The notes beneath the pieces were generated by a model. It was given only the letters and a program-made list of their open reading frames with translations. It was not told the origin of the DNA and did not search any database. A stretch of 64,000 nt of DNA from Laetmonice hystrix (taxonomy: Eukaryota), in NCBI GenBank assembly GCA_965235115.1, contig OZ249442.1:32736001-32800000 (forward strand), read 5' to 3'. Below, one piece after another: positions 60,958 through 64,000 of this stretch. The position numbers were made by a program, and so were the translations under genes. The first letter of the stretch is position 1; each line of letters begins with the position of its first letter.

Positions 60958-63339
60958 TACTGTAAGAACAACAGCATTGCCAAAAGGTAAAGAGTATGCC
61001 CAGTTAGGCCCTGCACTAATGATGAATTTTGAATTGTAGTAACTAAGGTTCGGTTGCTCTCTGCCATCGGAGTAGCCACATGTTGTCGCTGGAAGCCAGT
61101 CATGTCCCAAAGTCGGCACAGAGAGTGCCTCACTGGTTCTACTCGAGTTCTGGAGACAGGTGCTGCAGGTAACCTGATCTCAGAGTTGTTTCTGTTGTTT
61201 GGAAATTAGCGTGGTCAGAGAAGGTCACAGCCAAGTGACTGCCTGCATGACGTTTACAGCCTTTTCTCCTGCCGTGGGGATTAGGTTAAAAAAGACAACA
61301 TGTCCAGAAATGATGGAATCCATCCAGCAACTAACTTTGTTCCGACATCATGCAGCCAGACGGCTCTGGCCACATCAAGGGCTCTCTGGCTTGTTAATGT
61401 GGATGCACAAAAGAAAAAAATCATAAAAATAATTAAATCAGTCAGTCAGTCAATCAGTCAGTCGAAGAATTGGAACCTTCAAACGCAGGTTTCCGATTGA
61501 AAAGTGCAATGCAAATTGACAGGTCGTGATCCACTTGGCGATTTTTGATGGAGATTTGCTCCTGATTCTGAGCTTATAATTAAAGGAGAAATCGCTACTA
61601 TGGGATTGGGGGGGGGGGGGGGGCATGTGACGAGCAAATCCTAGGGGTGTTGCAGCTTTTAAGCACCGAATCACTGGTAAATGTCAAAGCGAGATGGCAC
61701 GGTGTCTCCTGGCTTTCACTGATAAAGAGGTTACAGCGGGTATAACCATAGCGCCCTCTGACGGCAGCAAGGAGAGTATCAGTCTCGTTGAGGGGGTGGC
61801 GTCAGGATCAAATGATAGGGCGCGTCCGAGAAGGGAGACTTCGACACCTATCGTTTTAAATCAGCACCGGTGGTGTAGATTTAAGACGACACATATAGTT
61901 CTGTACGCGAACCGTCGCCCCGAATCTCAACCAGTCGGGCCAGTCAGTAGCTGTCTAGACACTTGCTCAGCCGTCGCCATGATGTCAAACGTAGGACCTA
62001 TTAATTAGAGTTCAAAAGGTTAGCTGAAGATGAGAGGTAGTTTTAACGTGAAGATGATGATCAGAAGACGACCCTTCCTGGGAAGGATTCGTTCTGACTG
62101 AAATTGAACGACTCTTGGTCTCTGTGTTCTTATCGACAGAGATTTACTGACGGGTCGAGCTGTATGAGACGCTATGACTGATTGCGCATGCGCATACCCG
62201 ATGACAGTCGGGTGTAGATGGGACCCTTGGCTCGGGGGAGGGGGGCGGGGTCCTTGGAGGATCCCCAAGTCTCACCCCTTCTCTTCAATGATCCGACCTG
62301 AGGGAGCGGATGGATGGTGAGGTCAACTACTCTCGACACTGCAGTGTATTTCCGGGATGAGCCGGTTTGATTATAACAGCGAGGCCGGCGACAGATTTAA
62401 TACTTCACCTTAACATGACAGCAACCGAAGGGGAACTCGAGGCGGGCCGATTCTGCTCTTTGAAGGCGATTTTCGTGACGTACCTAATTATCGCTCTCGT
62501 TTCTCTTCTAGTCTAATAGGATCTAGGAATTTTTGTTGCGAGATGTGTGGAAATAGACCAGAACATGGTTAGAGTCGCTGCGCCTGTGTCTCTCTGTCGT
62601 GGGGGCGGGGGGAGGGGGGGGGGGGGGGGGCGTCTGACGTGTTTCACGGCCGACCTGTCTCCTCCAGCACCGATATAGAAGCTGATATAATGTGCATCAG
62701 CACATTTAGTGTCGGATCACTAAATTATTCCTGGCTCAGTAATTATGACTTTTAATTATACGAGTTCATAAGTCAGAAAACAAACATACAAAAATAGAAA
62801 TTTCGGCATGGTTTGTTAATGATTATTCAGATTTTAGTCCACCTGACCCTGACATATTCATGGAAGGGTTCATGTTCCTCATCCAAGCAATTAAAAAAAT
62901 GAATAATAATTAAGAGATGGCAGATGAGGAATCCAACCTTAGGCTACATATTCCGAGATAGAACGTCACTATTTTCCAAAGGAAAATATTTCATCAGGAG
63001 CCAGCCAGTCTTGCAGTATTAATTTAAAATAAATGAGAACATTAAATACGAGCACCAGAAAGGCCCCATTTCTTCAAAAGTTCAAAAGAAGAGGCAGTTT
63101 GAAAGCCATATTGTCAACAGCCGGCGAGGTAGCAATAAATTTCCGACGGACCGGAAGATACGTGTACCCCATTCGTCAGAAGCCTGACCCTGTGGGACAC
63201 AGACCCCAATCGACGTCCTAAAGGCTCTGATTAGTTTATACATAATATTTTCCGCTCAGTAGTGCCAGTGGAGTTTCTGATAAAGACTAATATGGCAGTG
63301 GCCGACAGTCTGTAAAGGAAAACTCTCCCCTCGGAGATC

Positions 63340-63432
63340 GACCAATCTCCCAGCGGATCACGCCCATATAACACGTGAGCCCCACGCGCATGCTCCGTAA
63401 ATCGCTACAGTATGTTGGCGCACCGGAAGTTG
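63340..63432. promoter_or_regulatory. Cluster of promoter-type motifs
   Basis: CCAAT (63342), CACGTG (63372), GCGCATGC (63386) and CCGGAAGT (63423) fall within ~90 bp of CpG-rich DNA. Confidence 0.35.
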
Positions 63433-63626
63433 TATTTCACGGATCACCGCGTTCACATTTTCCGCTCCAGGAGAGAACACCCCCCGTCTGTTCTCAGAGT
63501 GCACAGCGTAAGTCATATCAGGTGTAGCCCAGGGAGGTTTGTGCTGAAGTCACACTTTAGGTCCTAAACCAATGACGGATGGCATGCCCTTTATGGCAGA
63601 CAGCCGGAGCAAAAGTCAGCTGTTCC

Positions 63627-63702
63627 TGCAGCTGGCGCTGCTGCAGCTGCTGCTGCTGCTCCTGCTGCTGCTCCTGCTGCTCCTGCTCCTGCTACTACTG
63701 CA
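63627..63702. repeat. (GCT/CCT)n trinucleotide low-complexity tract
   Basis: Direct inspection. Confidence 0.85.
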
Positions 63703-63867
63703 GGCGGGACTACAGACTTATAAGGCAGCCTGCTCAGCGAAAATGCTACTTCAGGCTGACTGACTCTGGAACTGACTTTCAGAAGGAGCACCAGTGCATA
63801 GGACATGAGGGGATGAGAGGACGCTTGCATGACTGGTAGACTTATGGTGGTGCTTGGAGATGGATGG

Positions 63868-64000
63868 CATCCACGTGGTAGGCACCATCTACGTGGTAGA
63901 CACCATCCACGTGGTAGGCACCATCCACGTGGTAGGCACCATCCACGTGGTAGGCACCATCCACGTGGTAGACACCATCCACGTGGTAGGCACCATCCAC
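63868..64000. repeat. 18-bp minisatellite (CCATCCACGTGGTAGGCA), 7 or more copies, runs off the window
   Basis: Direct inspection. Most units carry the palindrome CCACGTGG. Confidence 0.96.

Noticed and set aside
18642-63839. ORFs with poly-ER, SL, P, G, L, C or A runs (18642-19038, 32009-32310, 37615-37985, 39243-39758, 59429-59854, 63572-63839)
   Set aside because: Translations of microsatellites or low-complexity tracts.
2701-64000. Tandem arrays (39, 26, 41, 41, 49, 18 bp units) as CRISPR arrays
   Set aside because: Units abut directly with no unique spacers, there are no cas genes, and the context is eukaryotic.

Overview
This is repeat-rich, gene-poor eukaryotic (metazoan) genomic DNA from a draft assembly with four N gaps. 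It has canonical GT-AG splice signals, microsatellites, MITEs and a tRNA-derived SINE. A marine invertebrate such as an echinoderm is my guess and is inference only. One intact protein-coding gene is supported: an alpha-1,3/4-fucosyltransferase (GT10 family) with a single coding exon at 15253-16512 (+), a CpG-rich upstream region and probable 5'UTR exons. Most other long ORFs in the track are artefacts of tandem repeats, microsatellites or N gaps. Reading across frameshifts and stops reveals several decayed coding relics. The clearest is a 2.7-kb PIF/Harbinger transposon (50240-52968) with perfect 16-bp TIRs, a CTG target-site duplication (TSD) and transposase fragments. The others are a THAP zinc-finger relic (20070-20239, -), a RecQ-type helicase relic (47703-47856, +) and, more tentatively, a caspase-fold relic (about 10630-11030, -). 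Structural oddities include a 39-bp minisatellite built as 2 x 702-bp higher-order units, a tandem array of 64-bp palindromes, a MITE whose empty site survives next to it, a sharp GC3 step inside the fucosyltransferase CDS, and strong enrichment of TAGGCCTA. There is no CRISPR array, rRNA, intact tRNA or prokaryotic operon. I cannot support a complete new biological system from this window; the findings are leads. All counts and alignments were done by eye.
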